Shown: piece by piece, positions 24,401-37,293 of the stretch
Layout: every line of letters starts with the position of its first letter
How positions within the stretch are numbered: position 1 is the stretch's first letter
Translations under genes and position numbers: made by a program
Source of the DNA: Mobula hypostoma
Lineage: Eukaryota
Assembly: GCF_963921235.1 (NCBI RefSeq)
Contig: NC_086101.1
Coordinates: 31,496,001 to 31,560,000 of the forward strand
Length of the DNA stretch: 64,000 nt
Direction: 5' to 3'
Notes under the pieces: model-generated
The model's database searches: none
Told to the model about the DNA's origin: nothing
What the model saw: only the letters and a program-made list of their open reading frames with translations

Positions 24401-27090
24401 CCACCTACCACTAAAACAGGTCTATGACAAATCTGTCTCCCTGGCTTCACACTCACCTTCAGAGCATCTGGACAATAAAAACACCTGTACTTGCAGCTCT
24501 GTCTTCAATTCCAAGCAAACTCATCACCAGGCTCTCAGTGTCGGGACTCAACCTTCCTTTGCAAATGGACCCTCAACTTCCACTTCCTTATCAACGGACG
24601 GCAATCAGTAAGGATAGGCAGCAACACCTCCTCCACAAGCATCCTCAACACTGGTGCCCCAGAAATACAGTATAGATCCTCAGCCCACCTCTTAATGTCC
24701 TGTACACTAATGGCTAGATCTAGCTCTAATTCCATCTACTAGTTTGCAAATGATACCACCACTATGGTCTGTATCTTAAATAACGATGAGTCAGAATACA
24801 AGAAGGAGATAGAGAACCTTGTGACATGATGTTACGCCAACAGCCATTTTCTGAATATCAGCAAAACAAAAGGGCTGGACATTGACTTCAGAAAGGAGGA
24901 GAAGTATGTGCTCCCCTTTACATCAATGGTGCTGAGTTCGAGAAGGTTGAGAGCTTCAAGTTCCAAAGAGTGACCGTCATCAAAAGCCTCTGCTGGTTCA
25001 ACCACTTTTTAAAAAAGGAGGGAGAGAGAAACCGGGGAACTATAGACCGGTTAGCCTAACATCGGTGGTGGGGAAAATGCTAGAGTCAGTTATCAAAGAT
25101 GTGATAACAGCACATTTGGAAAGCGGTGAAATCATCGGACAAAGTCAGCATGGATTTGTGAAAGGAAAATCATGCCTGACGAATCTCATAGAATTTTTTG
25201 AGGATGTAACTAGTAGAGTGGATAGGGGAGAACCAGTGGATGTGGTATATTTGGATTTTCAAAAGGCTTTTGACAAGGTCCCACACAGGAGATTAGTGTG
25301 CAAACTTAAAGCACACGGTATTGGGGGTAAGGTATTGATGTGGATAGAGAATTGGTTAGCAGACAGGAATCAAAGACTGGGAATAAACGGGACCTTTTCA
25401 GAATGGCAGGCAGTGACTAGTGGGGTACCGCAAGGCTCAGTGCTGGGACCCCAGTTGTTTACAATATATATTAATGACTTGGATGAGGGAATTAAATGCA
25501 GCATCTCCAAGTTTGCGGATGACATGAAGCTGGGCGGCAGTCTTAGCTGTGAGGAGGTTGCTAAGAGGATGCAGGGTAACTTGGATAGGTTAGGTGAGTG
25601 GGCAAATTCATGGCAGATGCAATTTTATGTGGATAAATATGAGGTTATCCACTTTGGTGGCAAAAACAGGAAAACAGATTATTATCTAAATGGTGGCCAA
25701 TTAGGAAAAGGGGAGGTGCAACGAGACCTGGGTGTCATTATACACCAGTCATTGAAAGTTGGCATGCAGTTACAGCAGGCGGTGAAAAAGGCGAATGGTA
25801 TGCTGGCATTCATAGCGAGAGGATTCGAGTACAGGAGTAGAGGAGGTACTACTGCAGTTGTACAAGGCCTTGGTGAGACCACACCTGGGGTATTGTGTGC
25901 AGTTTTGGTCCCCTAATCTGAGGAAAGACATTCTTGCCATAGAGGGAGTACAAAGAAGGTTCACCAGATTGATTCCTGGGATGGCAGGACTTTCATATGA
26001 TGAAAGACTGGATCGTCTAGGCTTATACTCTCTGGAATTTAGGAGATTGAAGGGGGATCTTATTGAAACGTATAAAATCCTAAAGGGATTGGGTAGGCTA
26101 GATGCAGGAAGATTGTTCCCGATGTTGGGGAGGTCTAGAACGAGGGGTCACAGTTTGAGGATAGAGGGGAAGCCTTTTAGGACTGAGATTAGGAAAAACT
26201 TCTTCACACAGAGAGTGGTGAATCTGTGGAATTCTCTGCCACAGGAAACAGTTGAGGCCAGTTCATTGGCTATATTTAAGAGGGAGTTAGATATGGCCCT
26301 TGTGGCTAAAGGGATCAGGGGGTATGGAGGGAAGGCTGGGGCGGGGTTCTGAGTTGGATGATCAGCCATGATTATACTGAATGGCGGTGCAGGCTCGAAG
26401 GGCCGAATGGCCTACTCCTGCACCTATTTTCTATGTTTCTATGTTTCTATGTAACTGCAATGACCAAGGAAATGTGCCAGCGCCCTTACTTCCTCAAGAG
26501 GCTAAAGAAACCTGGCATGCCCTTTTGACCCTCACCAATGAATGAACCATAGAAAGCATCCTATCTAGATGCATTGTGGATTCCTTTGCCCAAAGGAGGA
26601 AGAAACAGCAGAATTGTGGACACAGCTCAGTGCATCACAGAAACCAGCCTCCCCACAATGGACTCAGTCTATAGATCTCGCTGTCTTGATGGAGCAGCCA
26701 ACATAATCAAAGACTCACCACTCTGGATTCTCTCATCTTTCCCTCCTCCCCACCTCCCCACCTCCCCCATACCCTCACCCCCCGCCGCCACTCCCTTTGG
26801 ACAGAAGATACAAAAGCCTGAATGCACATACCATCTGTCATAAGAACATTTTCTTTTGCGCTGTTATAAAACTATTGAATGGTTTCCTTGCATGATAAGA
26901 TGAGTTCTTGACATCACAATCTATTTTGCCATGGCCTTGCACCTTATTGTCTGCCTGCATTGTACTTTCTCTGTAACTGTAACACTTTATTCTCCATTCT
27001 GTTATTCGTTTCCCTTGTACTGCCTCATTACACTGATGAGATGAAATGATCTGTAGGAATGGCATGCAAAACGAACTTTTTCACTGCATG
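24400..27090 (+). mobile_element. Old Rex1/Babar-type LINE split by a young CR1 (24400-25001 and 26453-27090)
   Basis: LNTGAP and KFANDT before the break; YFLKRLKK and AANIIKD after it. Confidence 0.75.
25002..26452 (+). mobile_element. Young 5'-truncated CR1 (RT 3' half)
   Basis: ORF 25065-25916 has YLDFQKAFDKVPH, GVPQGSVLGP and SKFADD, one frameshift near 25850 and a (ttctatgt)n tail. Confidence 0.95.
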
Positions 27091-27334
27091 ACAATAATAA
27101 ACCAATTTACTAATTCAAGGCCATGAGCCAAGTGCTTGAAGATAGATCCACTAGTCAGTAACAACATGTTGGGCTGATTGGACCTTTTCCTGCTGTATAA
27201 CTCTGTGACAGGGAGCTGCCTGGATTCCAAATGAAGCATTGAACTGTAAAGGGTTAACCTTTCCTGCTCAACTAGTGAAACTCCCTTGAACCTGACCAAG
27301 TGCATTGTACTGGGAAGAGAAATGCAAAGAAAAC

Positions 27335-27453
27335 TGGAAAGTCTCCGCTCCAGCCTCAACAGTAACTTCACACCCTGATCCACCATCAGCCAATGAGAGG
27401 ACAGAGCACCGAGCCATCACCAGTTGCTGGTTGAAATGGATCACTGTGGGTCA
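27335..27453 (-). promoter_or_regulatory. S-X-Y module 3 with NF-kB-like site
   Basis: S-like TGACCCA (27453-27447), 15-bp spacer, X ACCAGCAACTGGTG (27431-27418), 20 bp, Y CTCATTGG (27397-27390), and GAGACTTTCC (27344-27335). Confidence 0.75.
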
Positions 27454-30400
27454 GAAATGGTTGGAGGTGAAATGGATCACTGTGGGACAGAGATGGTTGG
27501 AGGTGAAATGGATCACTGTGGGACAGAGATGGTTGGAGGTGAAATGGATCACTGTGGGTAGAGATGGTTGGAGGTGAAATGGATCACTGTGGGTCAGAGA
27601 CGGTTGGAGGTGAAATGGATCACTGTGGGACAGAGATGGTTGGAGGTGAAATGGATCACTGTGGGTAGAGATGGTTGGAGGTGAAATGGATCACTGTGGG
27701 TCAGAGACGGTTGGAGCTGAAATGGATCACTGTGGGTCAGCAATGGTTGGAGGTGAAATGGATCACTGTGGGACAGAGACGGTTGGAGGTGAAATGGATC
27801 ACTGTGGGTCAGAGACGGTTGGAGGTGAAATGGATCACTGTGGGTCAGAGACGGTTGGAGGTGAAATGGATCACTGTGGGTCAGAGACGGTTGGAGGTGA
27901 AATGGATCACTGTGGGTCAGAGACGGTTGGAGGTGAAATGGATCACTGTGGGTAGAGACGGTTGGAGGTGAAATGGATCACTGTGGGTCAGAGACGGTTG
28001 GAGGTGAAATGGATCACTGTGGGTCAGAGATGGTTGGAGGTGAAATGGATCACTGTTGGTAGAGATGGTTGGAGGTGAAATGGATCACTGTTGGTAGAGA
28101 TGGTTGGAGGTGAAATGGATCACTGTGGGTCAGAGATGGTTGGAGGTGAAATGGATCACTGTTGGTAGAGATGGTTGGAGGTGAAATGGATCACTGTGGG
28201 TAGAGATGGTTGGAGGTGAAATGGATCACTGTGGGTCAGAGACGGTTGGAGGTGAAATGGATCACTGTGGGACAGAGATGGTTGGAGCTGAAATGGATCA
28301 CTGTGGGTCAGAGACGGTTGGAGGTGAAATGGATCACTGTGGGTCAGAGACGGTTGGAGGTGAAATGGATCACTGTGGGTCAGAGACGGTTGGAGGTGAA
28401 ATGGATCACTGTGGGTCAGAGACGGTTGGAGGTGAAATGGATCACTGTTGGTAGAGATGGTTGGAGGTGAAATGGATCACTGTTGGTAGAGATGATTGAA
28501 GGTGAAATGGATCACTGTGGGTCAGAGACGGTTGCAGGTGAAATGGATCACTGTGGGACAGAGATGGTTGGAGGTGAAATGGATCACTGTGGGACAGAGA
28601 CGGTTGGAGGTGAAATGGATCACTGTGGGTAGAGATGGTTGAAGGTGAAATGGATCACTGTGGGTCAGAGACGGTTGGAGGTGAAATGGATCACTGTGGG
28701 ACAGAGACGGTTGGAGGTGAAATGGATCACTGTGGGACAGAGATGGTTGGAGGTGAAATGGATCACTGTGGGTCAGAGACGGTTGGAGGTGAAATGGATC
28801 ACTGTGGGACAGAGATGGTTGGAGATGAAATGGATCACTGTGGGTCAGAGACGGTTGGAGGTGAAATGGATCACTGTGGGTCAGAGACGGTTGGAGGTGA
28901 AATGGATCACTGTGGGACAGAGATGGTTGGAGATGAAATGGATCACTGTGGGTCAGAGACGGTTGGAGGTGAAATGGATCACTGTGGGTCAGAGACGGTT
29001 GGAGGTGAAATGGATCACTGTGGGTAGAGATGGTTGGAGGTGAAATGGATCACTGTGGGTCAGAGACGGTTGGAGATGAAATGGATCACTGTGGGTAGAG
29101 ATGGTTGGAGGTGAAATGGATCACTGTGGGTCAGAGACGGTTGGAGGTGAAATGGATCACTGTGGGTCAGAGATGGTTGGAGGTGAAATGGATCACTGTG
29201 GGTCAGAGACGGTTGGAGGTGAAATGGATCAATGTGGGACAGAAATGGTTGGAGGTGAAATGGATCACTGTGGGACAGAGATGGTTGGAGCTGAAATGGA
29301 TCACTGTGGGTCAGAGACGGTTGGAGATGAAATGGATCACTGTGGGTCAGAGACGGTTGGAGGTGAAATGGATCACTGTGGGTCAGAGACGGTTGGAGAT
29401 GAAATGGATCACTGTGGGTAGAGATGGTTGGAGGTGAAATGGATCACTGTGGGACAGAGATGGTTGGAGATGAAATGGATCACTGTGGGTCAGAGACGGT
29501 TGGAGATGAAATGGATCACTGTGGGTCAGAGACGGTTGGAGGTGAAATGGATCACTGTGGGTCAGAGACGGTTGGAGGTGAAATGGATCACTGTGGGTCA
29601 GAGACGGTTGGAGGTGAAATGGATCACTGTGGGTCAGAGACGGTTGGAGGTGAAATGGATCACTGTGGGTCAGAGACGGTTGGAGGTGAAATGGATCACT
29701 GTGGGACAGAGATGGTTGGAGCTGAAATGGATCACTGTGGGTCAGAGACGGTTGGAGGTGAAATGGATCACTGTGGGTCAGAGACGTTGGAGGTGAAATG
29801 GATCACTGTGGGTCAGAGATGGTTGGAGGTGAAATGGATCACTGTGGGTCAGAGACGGTTGGAGGTGAAATGGATCACTGTGGGTCAGAGACGGTTGGAG
29901 GTGAAATGGATCACTGTGGGTAGAGATGGTTGGAGGTGAAATGGATCACTGTGGGTCAGAGACGGTTGGAGGTGAAATGGATCACTGTGGGTCAGAGATG
30001 GTTGGAGGTGAAATGGATCACTGTGGGTAGAGATGGTTGGAGGTGAAATGGATCACTGTGGGTCAGAGACGGTTGGAGGTGAAATGGATCACTGTGGGTC
30101 AGAGACGGTTGGAGGTGAAATGGATCACTGTGGGTCAGAGACGGTTGGAGGTGAAATGGATCACTGTGGGACAGAGATGGTTGGAGCTGAAATGGATCAC
30201 TGTGGGTCAGAGACGGTTGGAGGTGAAATGGATCACTGTGGGTAGAGACGGTTGGAGGTGGAATGGATCACTGTGGGTCAGAGACGGTTGGAGGTGAAAT
30301 GGATCACTGTGGGTCAGAGATGGTTGGAGGTGAAATGGATCACTGTTGGTAGAGATGGTTGGAGGTGAAATGGATCACTGTTGGTAGAGATGGTTGGAGG

Positions 30401-33400
30401 TGAAATGGATCACTGTGGGTCAGAGACGGTTGGAGGTGAAATGGATCACTGTGGGTCAGAGATGGTTGGAGGTGAAATGGATCACTGTGGGTAGAGATGG
30501 TTGGAGGTGAAATGGATCACTGTGGGTCAGAGACGGTTGGAGGTGAAATGGATCACTGTGGGACAGAGATGGTTGGAGGTGAAATGGATCACTGTGGGTA
30601 GAGATGGTTGGAGGTGAAATGGATCACTGTGGGTCAGAGACGGTTGGAGGTGAAATGGATCACTGTGGGTCAGAGACGGTTGGAGGTGAAATGGATCACT
30701 GTGGGTCAGAGACGGTTGGAGGTGAAATGGATCACTGTTGGTAGAGATGGTTGGAGGTGAAATGGATCACTGTTGGTAGAGATGGTTGAAGGTGAAATGG
30801 ATCACTGTGGGTCAGAGACGGTTGGAGGTGAAAATGGATCACTGTGGGTAGAGAGATGGTTGGAGATGAAATGGATCACTGTGGGTCAGAGACGGTGAGG
30901 TGAAATGGATCACTGTGGGTCAGAGACGGTGAAATGGATCACTGTGGGTCAGAGAGGTTGGAGATGAAATGGATCACTGTGGGTCAGAGACGGTTGGAGG
31001 TGAAATGGATCACTGTGGGTCAGAGACGGTTGGAGGTGAAATGGATCACTGTGGGTCAGAGATGGTTGGAGGTGAAATGAAATGGATCACTGTGGGTCAG
31101 AGACGGTTGGAGGTGAAATGGATCACTGTGGGTCAGAGACGGTTGGAGGTGAAATGGATCACTGTGGGTCAGAGACGGTTGGAGATGAAATGGATCACTG
31201 TGGGTCAGAGACGGTTGGAGGTGAAATGGATCACTGTGGGTCAGAGACGGTTGGAGTGAAATGGATCACTGTGGGTCAGAGACGGTTGGAGGTGAAATGG
31301 ATCACTGTGGGACAGAGATGGTTGGAGTGAAATGGATCACTGTGGGTAGAGACGGTTGGAGGTGAAATGGATCACTGTGGGTCAGAGACGGTTGGAGGTG
31401 AAATGGATCACTGTGGGTCAGAGACGGTTGGAGAGAAATGGATCACTGTGGGTCAGAGACGGTTGGAGGTGAAATGGATCACTGTGGGTCAGAGACGGTT
31501 GGAGGTGAAATGGATCACTGTGGGTCAGAGATGGTTGGAGGTGAAATGGATCACTGTGGGTAGAGATGGTTGGAGGTGAAATGGATCACTGTGGGTCAGA
31601 GACGGTTGGAGGTGAAATGGATCACTGTGGGTCAGAGACGGTTGGAGGTGAAATGGATCACTGTGGGTCAGAGACGGTTGGAGGTGAAATGGATCACTGT
31701 GGGACAGAGATGGTTGGAGGTGAAATGGATCACTGTGGGTCAGAGACGGTTGGAGGTGAAATGGATCACTGTGGGTCAGAGACGGTTGGAGGTGAAATGG
31801 ATCACTGTGGGTCAGAGACGGTTGGAGGTGAAATGGATCACTGTGGGTCAGAGACGGTTGGAGGTGAAATGGATCACTGTGGGTCAGAGACGGTTGGAGG
31901 TGAAATGGATCACTGTGGGTCAGAGAGGTTGGAGGTGAAATGGATCACTGTGGGTCAGAGACGGTTGGAGGTGAAATGGATCACTGTGGGTCAGAGACGG
32001 TTGGAGGTGAAACGGATCACTGTGGGTCAGAGACGGTTGGAGGTGAAATGGATCACTGTGGGTCAGAGACGGTTGGAGGTGAAATGGATCACTGTGGGTA
32101 GAGATGGTTGGAGGTGAAATGGATCACTGTGGGTCAGAGACGGTTGGAGGTGAAATGGATCACTGTGGGTCAGAGACGGTTGGAGGTGAAATGGATCACT
32201 GTGGGTAGAGACGGTTGGAGATGAAATGGATCACTGTGGGTCAGAGACGGTTGGAGGTGAAATGGATCACTGTGGGTCAGAGACGGTTGGAGGTGAAATG
32301 GATCACTGTGGGTCAGAGACGGTTGGAGGTGAAATGGATCACTGTGGGACAGAGACGGTTGGAGCTGAAATGGATCACTGTGGGTCAGAGACGGTTGGAG
32401 GTGAAATGGATCACTGTGGGTCAGAGACGGTTGGAGGTGAAATGGATCACTGTGGGTCAGAGACGGTTGGAGGTGAAATGGATCACTGTGGGTCAGAGAC
32501 GGTTGGAGGTGAAATGGATCACTGTGGGACAGAGACGGTTGGAGGTGAAATGGATCACTGTGGGTCAGAGACGGTTGGAGGTGAAATGGATCACTGTGGG
32601 TCAGAGACGGTTGGAGGTGAAATGGATCACTGTGGGACAGAGATGGTTGGAGGTGAAATGGATCACTGTGGGTCAGAGACGGTTGGAGGTGAAATGGATC
32701 ACTGTGGGTCAGAGACGGTTGGAGGTGAAATGGATCACTGTGGGACAGAGACGGTTGGAGGTGAAATGGATCACTGTGGGACAGAGATGGTTGGAGCTGA
32801 AATGGATCACTGTGGGTCAGAGACGGTTGGAGGTGAAATGGATCACTGTGGGACAGAGATGGTTGGAGGTGAAATGGATCACTGTGGGTAGAGATGGTTG
32901 GAGGTGAAATGGATCACTGTGGGTCAGAGACGGTTGGAGGTGAAATGGATCACTGTGGGTCAGAGACGGTTGGAGGTGAAATGGATCACTGTGGGTCAGA
33001 GACGGTTGGAGGTGAAATGGATCACTGTGGGTCAGAGATGGTTGGAGGTGAAATGGATCACTGTGGGTAGAGATGGTTGGAGGTGAAATGGATCACTGTG
33101 GGTCAGAGACGGTTGGAGGTGAAATGGATCACTGTGGGTCAGAGATGGTTGGAGGTGAAATGGATCACTGTGGGACAGAGATGGTTGGAGGTGAAATGGA
33201 TCACTGTGGGTCAGAGACGGTTGGAGGTGAAATGGATCACTGTGGGTAGAGATGGTTGGAGGTGAAATGGATCACTGTGGGTCAGAGACGGTTGGAGGTG
33301 AAATGGATCACTGTGGGTCAGAGACGGTTGGAGGTGAAATGGATCACTGTGGGTCAGAGACGGTTGGAGGTGAAATGGATCACTGTGGGACAGAGATGGT

Positions 33401-34384
33401 TGGAGGTGAAATGGATCACTGTGGGTCAGAGACGGTTGGAGGTGAAATGGATCACTGTGGGTCAGAGACGGTTGGAGGTGAAATGGATCACTGTGGGTCA
33501 GAGACGGTTGGAGGTGAAATGGATCACTGTGGGTCAGAGACGGTTGGAGGTGAAATGGATCACTGTGGGTAGAGATGGTTGGAGGTGAAATGGATCACTG
33601 TGGGTCAGAGACGGTTGGAGGTGAAATGGATCACTGTGGGTAGAGATGGTTGGAGGTGAAATGGATCACTGTGGGTCAGAGACGGTTGGAGGTGAAATGG
33701 ATCACTGTGGGTAGAGATGGTTGGAGGTGAAATGGATCACTGTGGGTAGAGATGGTTGGAGGTGAAATGGATCACTGTGGGTCAGAGACGGTTGGAGGTG
33801 AAATGGATCACTGTGGGTCAGAGACGGTTGGAGGTGAAATGGATCACTGTGGGTCAGAGACGGTTGGAGGTGAAATGGATCACTGTGGGTAGAGATGGTT
33901 GGAGGTGAAATGGATCACTGTGGGTCAGAGACGGTTGGAGGTGAAATGGATCACTGTGGGTCAGAGACGGTTGGAGGTGAAATGGATCACTGTGGGTCAG
34001 AGACGGTTGGAGGTGAAATGGATCACTGTGGGTCAGAGACGGTTGGAGGTGAAATGGATCACTGTGGGACAGAGATGGTTGGAGCTGAAATGGATCACTG
34101 TGGGTCAGAGACGGTTGGAGGTGAAATGGATCACTGTGGGTCAGAGACGGTTGGAGGTGAAATGGATCACTGTGGGTCAGAGACGGTTGGAGATGTAATG
34201 GATCACTGTGGGTAGAGATGGTTGGAGATGAAATGGATCACTGTGGGACAGAGATATGGTTGGAGATGAAATGGATCACTGTGGGTCAGAGACGGTTGGA
34301 GATTAAATGGATCACTGTGGGTAGAGATGGTTGAAGGTGAAATGGATCACTGTGGGACAGAGATGGTTGGAGATGAAATGGATC
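27432..34384. repeat. 36-bp minisatellite, ~190 copies (consensus ggttggaggtgaaatggatcactgtgggtcagagac; 35-bp ...gggtagagat variants)
   Basis: Directly visible. About 6.95 kb / 36 bp. One further unit lies at ~35087-35127 beyond the L1 insertion. Confidence 0.98.
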
Positions 34385-35086
34385 CTTTTGCTTTTAAATC
34401 TTTTTATTGAATAAGTATACAAAAAGGTAAGCCATATAAACATTAATACAATGTTAAAATATAATAAAATTACAGAAGGTATCAATACCAAAAAAGAATA
34501 CTACAAACAATGTAATTTAAACATAAGAAACCAAGATAACATAATAGTATACTAAATTTTATATATATATCAATAGAAGAAAAGAAAAAAAAAACCCCCA
34601 AAAAACCCACCGTGCAACTAACTAAAAGCAAAGCAAAGCAATGGGCTAACTTGAAACCAAACAAAGTTAAACTTAAAATCACGTCCTCAATCCCGACCTC
34701 CATTAAAAACAGTGAAAAAAAAACAAGAAGGGTATATATTACATTAAATGAAAATATCGAATAAAAGATCCCCAGGTCTGTTCAAATTTAAATGAAGAAT
34801 CATAAAGGTTACTTCTAATTTTCTCCAGATTCAAACATATTATCATCTGAGAGAACCAAAAAAAAGTAGTTGGAGCATTAAGCTCTTTCCAATGTTGTAA
34901 AATACATCTTTTCACCATTAAAGTAAGAAATGCAATCATTCTACGGGCTGAAGGGGAAAGATTACTAGAAATTTTAGGTAGTCCAAAGATAGCAGTAATA
35001 GGGTGAGGAGAGATATCTATATTTAATACCTTAGAAATAATATTGAAAATATCTCTCCAAAAAGTTTCCAAAGTAGGGCAAGACCA
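34385..35086 (-). mobile_element. 5'-truncated fish-type L1 3' end inserted in the distal end of the minisatellite
   Basis: ORF 34739-35071 (FWRDIF...IAFLTL..KRCILQHWK...LNLEKIR) is an L1 ORF2 C-terminus. A-rich 3' UTR with AATAAA. Array sequence lies on both sides. Confidence 0.88.
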
Positions 35087-35199
35087 ATGAGGTGAAATGG
35101 ATCACTGTGGGACAGAGACGGTTGGAGGCCTTCTCTGTATTGGCACCGAGTTCTGCCGAACCGCTGGACCACCAACCCAGGGGTAGTGTCTCTGCATCT

Positions 35200-35500
35200 C
35201 CTTGCTCCCCCATGAATCACATTGTCCCCGTACTCCAGGGAAGTTTGGAAACTCTCGGAGCCTGAGGAAACATACTCAGCATTTTAGGAACAGCTTCGTC
35301 CCCTTCGCCATCAGATTTCTGATCGATTCATGAACCTATAAACACGACCTCACTATTTTGCTCTTTTTGTTCAATATATCCAGCTATATTTCTTATTGTA
35401 ACTTACAGTGATTTTTAATGCATTGCACAGCACCGCTGCTGCATAACGGCAGATGTCTCGACATGTGCAGCTGATAATAAACCTGATTCTGATACTGATC
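35200..35500 (+). mobile_element. Rex1/Babar-type 3' end fragment
   Basis: HTQHFRNSF.PFAIRFL motif and a tail like 3110-3320. Confidence 0.65.
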
Positions 35501-35939
35501 CTGAACCCCTACAGACACCAGAAGTCTGAACAAACAACAGCTAATTTAGGAAACTCTCTGCAGGTCAGGCAGCATCCTCTCCTGAGGAGGGGAATGGTCA
35601 AAAGCTCAGGCCCAGGACATTTCCTCAGAAGGGCTGGGATTTCCATGCATAATATTGCCCTGCTTCAGTTACGGGGCCGGGGATAAGTGGGGTTGGCACT
35701 GAGTTTTGCCCCAGAGTTTGGCCCTTTCTGTGACCCACTGAGTGTCCCCAGCAGACAGTGAGAGAGCCACTGATTTGACCCCCTTCTTCCCACTGTACCT
35801 GGTGTCTGCTGTACCCAGTTCCTGCCACAGGCAGTGCCCACTCATAGACCCACAGACTCACAGGAACAGGCCCTTGGTCCATCATATCTGCACTGGCCAT
35901 CAAGCTGCACTCACTTACACAACAGTTAACCAGCGGCTG

Positions 35940-36125
35940 ATTAAACCTCTGGTTGCACGTCATTGGGATTTGGGAAGAAACCTGAGGCACCCAACAGAAA
36001 CACGTGGTTACAGGGAGAATGTGCAAACTCTACACAGACAGCACCAAAGATCAGGATTGAAGCAGGGTTTGTGAAGCTGAGAGGCTGCCTCTCTACCAGT
36101 TGTGCCAGTGTGCTGCCCCAGTGCA
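35940..36125 (-). mobile_element. V-SINE (HE1-like) copy
   Basis: Central domain gagtttgcacattctccctg...ggtttcttcccaaatcccaatgacgtg preceded by a tRNA-like head. Confidence 0.65.
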
Positions 36126-36319
36126 CACTGCACCCACTGCTCACTGCTCCAGTTACCTGTGTATACAGTGCATCCAGTGTGCAGTACTCAATGCCCACTG
36201 TACCCAGTGATCATTGTACCTGGTTCCGATTCTACTGCCCTTGCAGTGCAGATAAGCAAATCTATGCAATGAGTTAAACACCCTCTCAAGATGGAAGCTT
36301 CCTTCAGGGCATTTCATGA

Positions 36320-36613
36320 GAAGGAAATGAGTTACTAACTTCAAACTTTCTGCAATAATCACTCAGAGTTGAACTGCACGTGCATGTAATGACAGCTGTA
36401 TAACTTATCTCCTTCTACTTTAGGCCACAAACTTAGACCCTGCTGTGGACCACTTTCTGAAGGTCCAAGACAAAGAAGGGATCCGTATGCTCCACGACTG
36501 CTGGACTAAGTGTGTAAGTGTTGGAGGGGACTATGTTGAAAAATAAATGTGTTAGGTTTTTTAAAATTGACTTCTTCTACCCTAGGCCACAAACTTATCA
36601 ATCACCCCTTGTA
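36320..36613. mobile_element. Mariner-derived non-autonomous element
   Basis: GDYVEK* transposase C-terminal remnant (gactatgttgaaaaataa), terminus acttatcaatcaccccttgTA, and an internal duplicate of the terminal sequence. Confidence 0.6.
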
Positions 36614-37293
36614 AAGTGCAAATGAAGGTCTTTCCACCGTGTGCTTCAAGTTGAAATCCAAATTAACCTGTGCAGGAAAGGTATTTTTTTTAAAAAGCCT
36701 TACGTACTGGAAGAGATGTTCATACAAAATGAGCTGTGCTTTAGAGGCCAGAATACTCCCCTCCTGGCATCCTTAGGACAACAAACTTAACTATTGAAAC
36801 AAAAGCCAAGTGATTATTACATTGTCTTCAGGAAAAGAAGGATAGTCTCAGAAGATGACCTTAAAAACAGTCTTACTACACATTCTTCAACCATTCTCAC
36901 TTTGAAAATATCAACCTTGATGACATACTTGTCATGGTAATGTCAAATGAGCAGAGAGGTGGAATGACAATTTGGTGAGTTAACTCTGAAGTGTGCTTTG
37001 CCTTCCTCAGGATGAATCCAACCTCACTATATTCAACAATATCTGTAATGCTCAGGTATGCAAGAGCCATAATAGCTTTAGTTGATGCATCACAGAAGAC
37101 GCAGACTTCTTGCTTTTGAACAATAGGTTGCAGAATTGTTGTGTAGGTTCTTGGAAACTTCAAACCTTTAAGAACCAGAAGGAAAGAACACCTTTCTCTT
37201 CAGGGAGTGGGACATCCCACCCACACGCGTCAAAAGTCAACACTCTTGACATGAGGCATCCCAGGATACTGATTGGAGCAGCAAATGCGAGAG

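Noticed and set aside
27305-34215. Long ORFs (MDHCGSETVGGE)n and (EVKWITVGQRRL)n
   Set aside because: They are the automatic result of a stop-free 36-bp unit. Frequent 35-bp units break the frames, and there is no gene structure.
27432-34384. CRISPR-like array
   Set aside because: The repeats are head-to-tail with no unique spacers, there are no cas genes, and the context is eukaryotic.
27432-34384. RSS heptamer CACAGTG in nearly every unit (cryptic V(D)J signals)
   Set aside because: There is no ACAAAAACC-like nonamer at 12- or 23-bp spacing (TCCAACCGT and CTGACCCAC are found there), and no V, D or J segments nearby.
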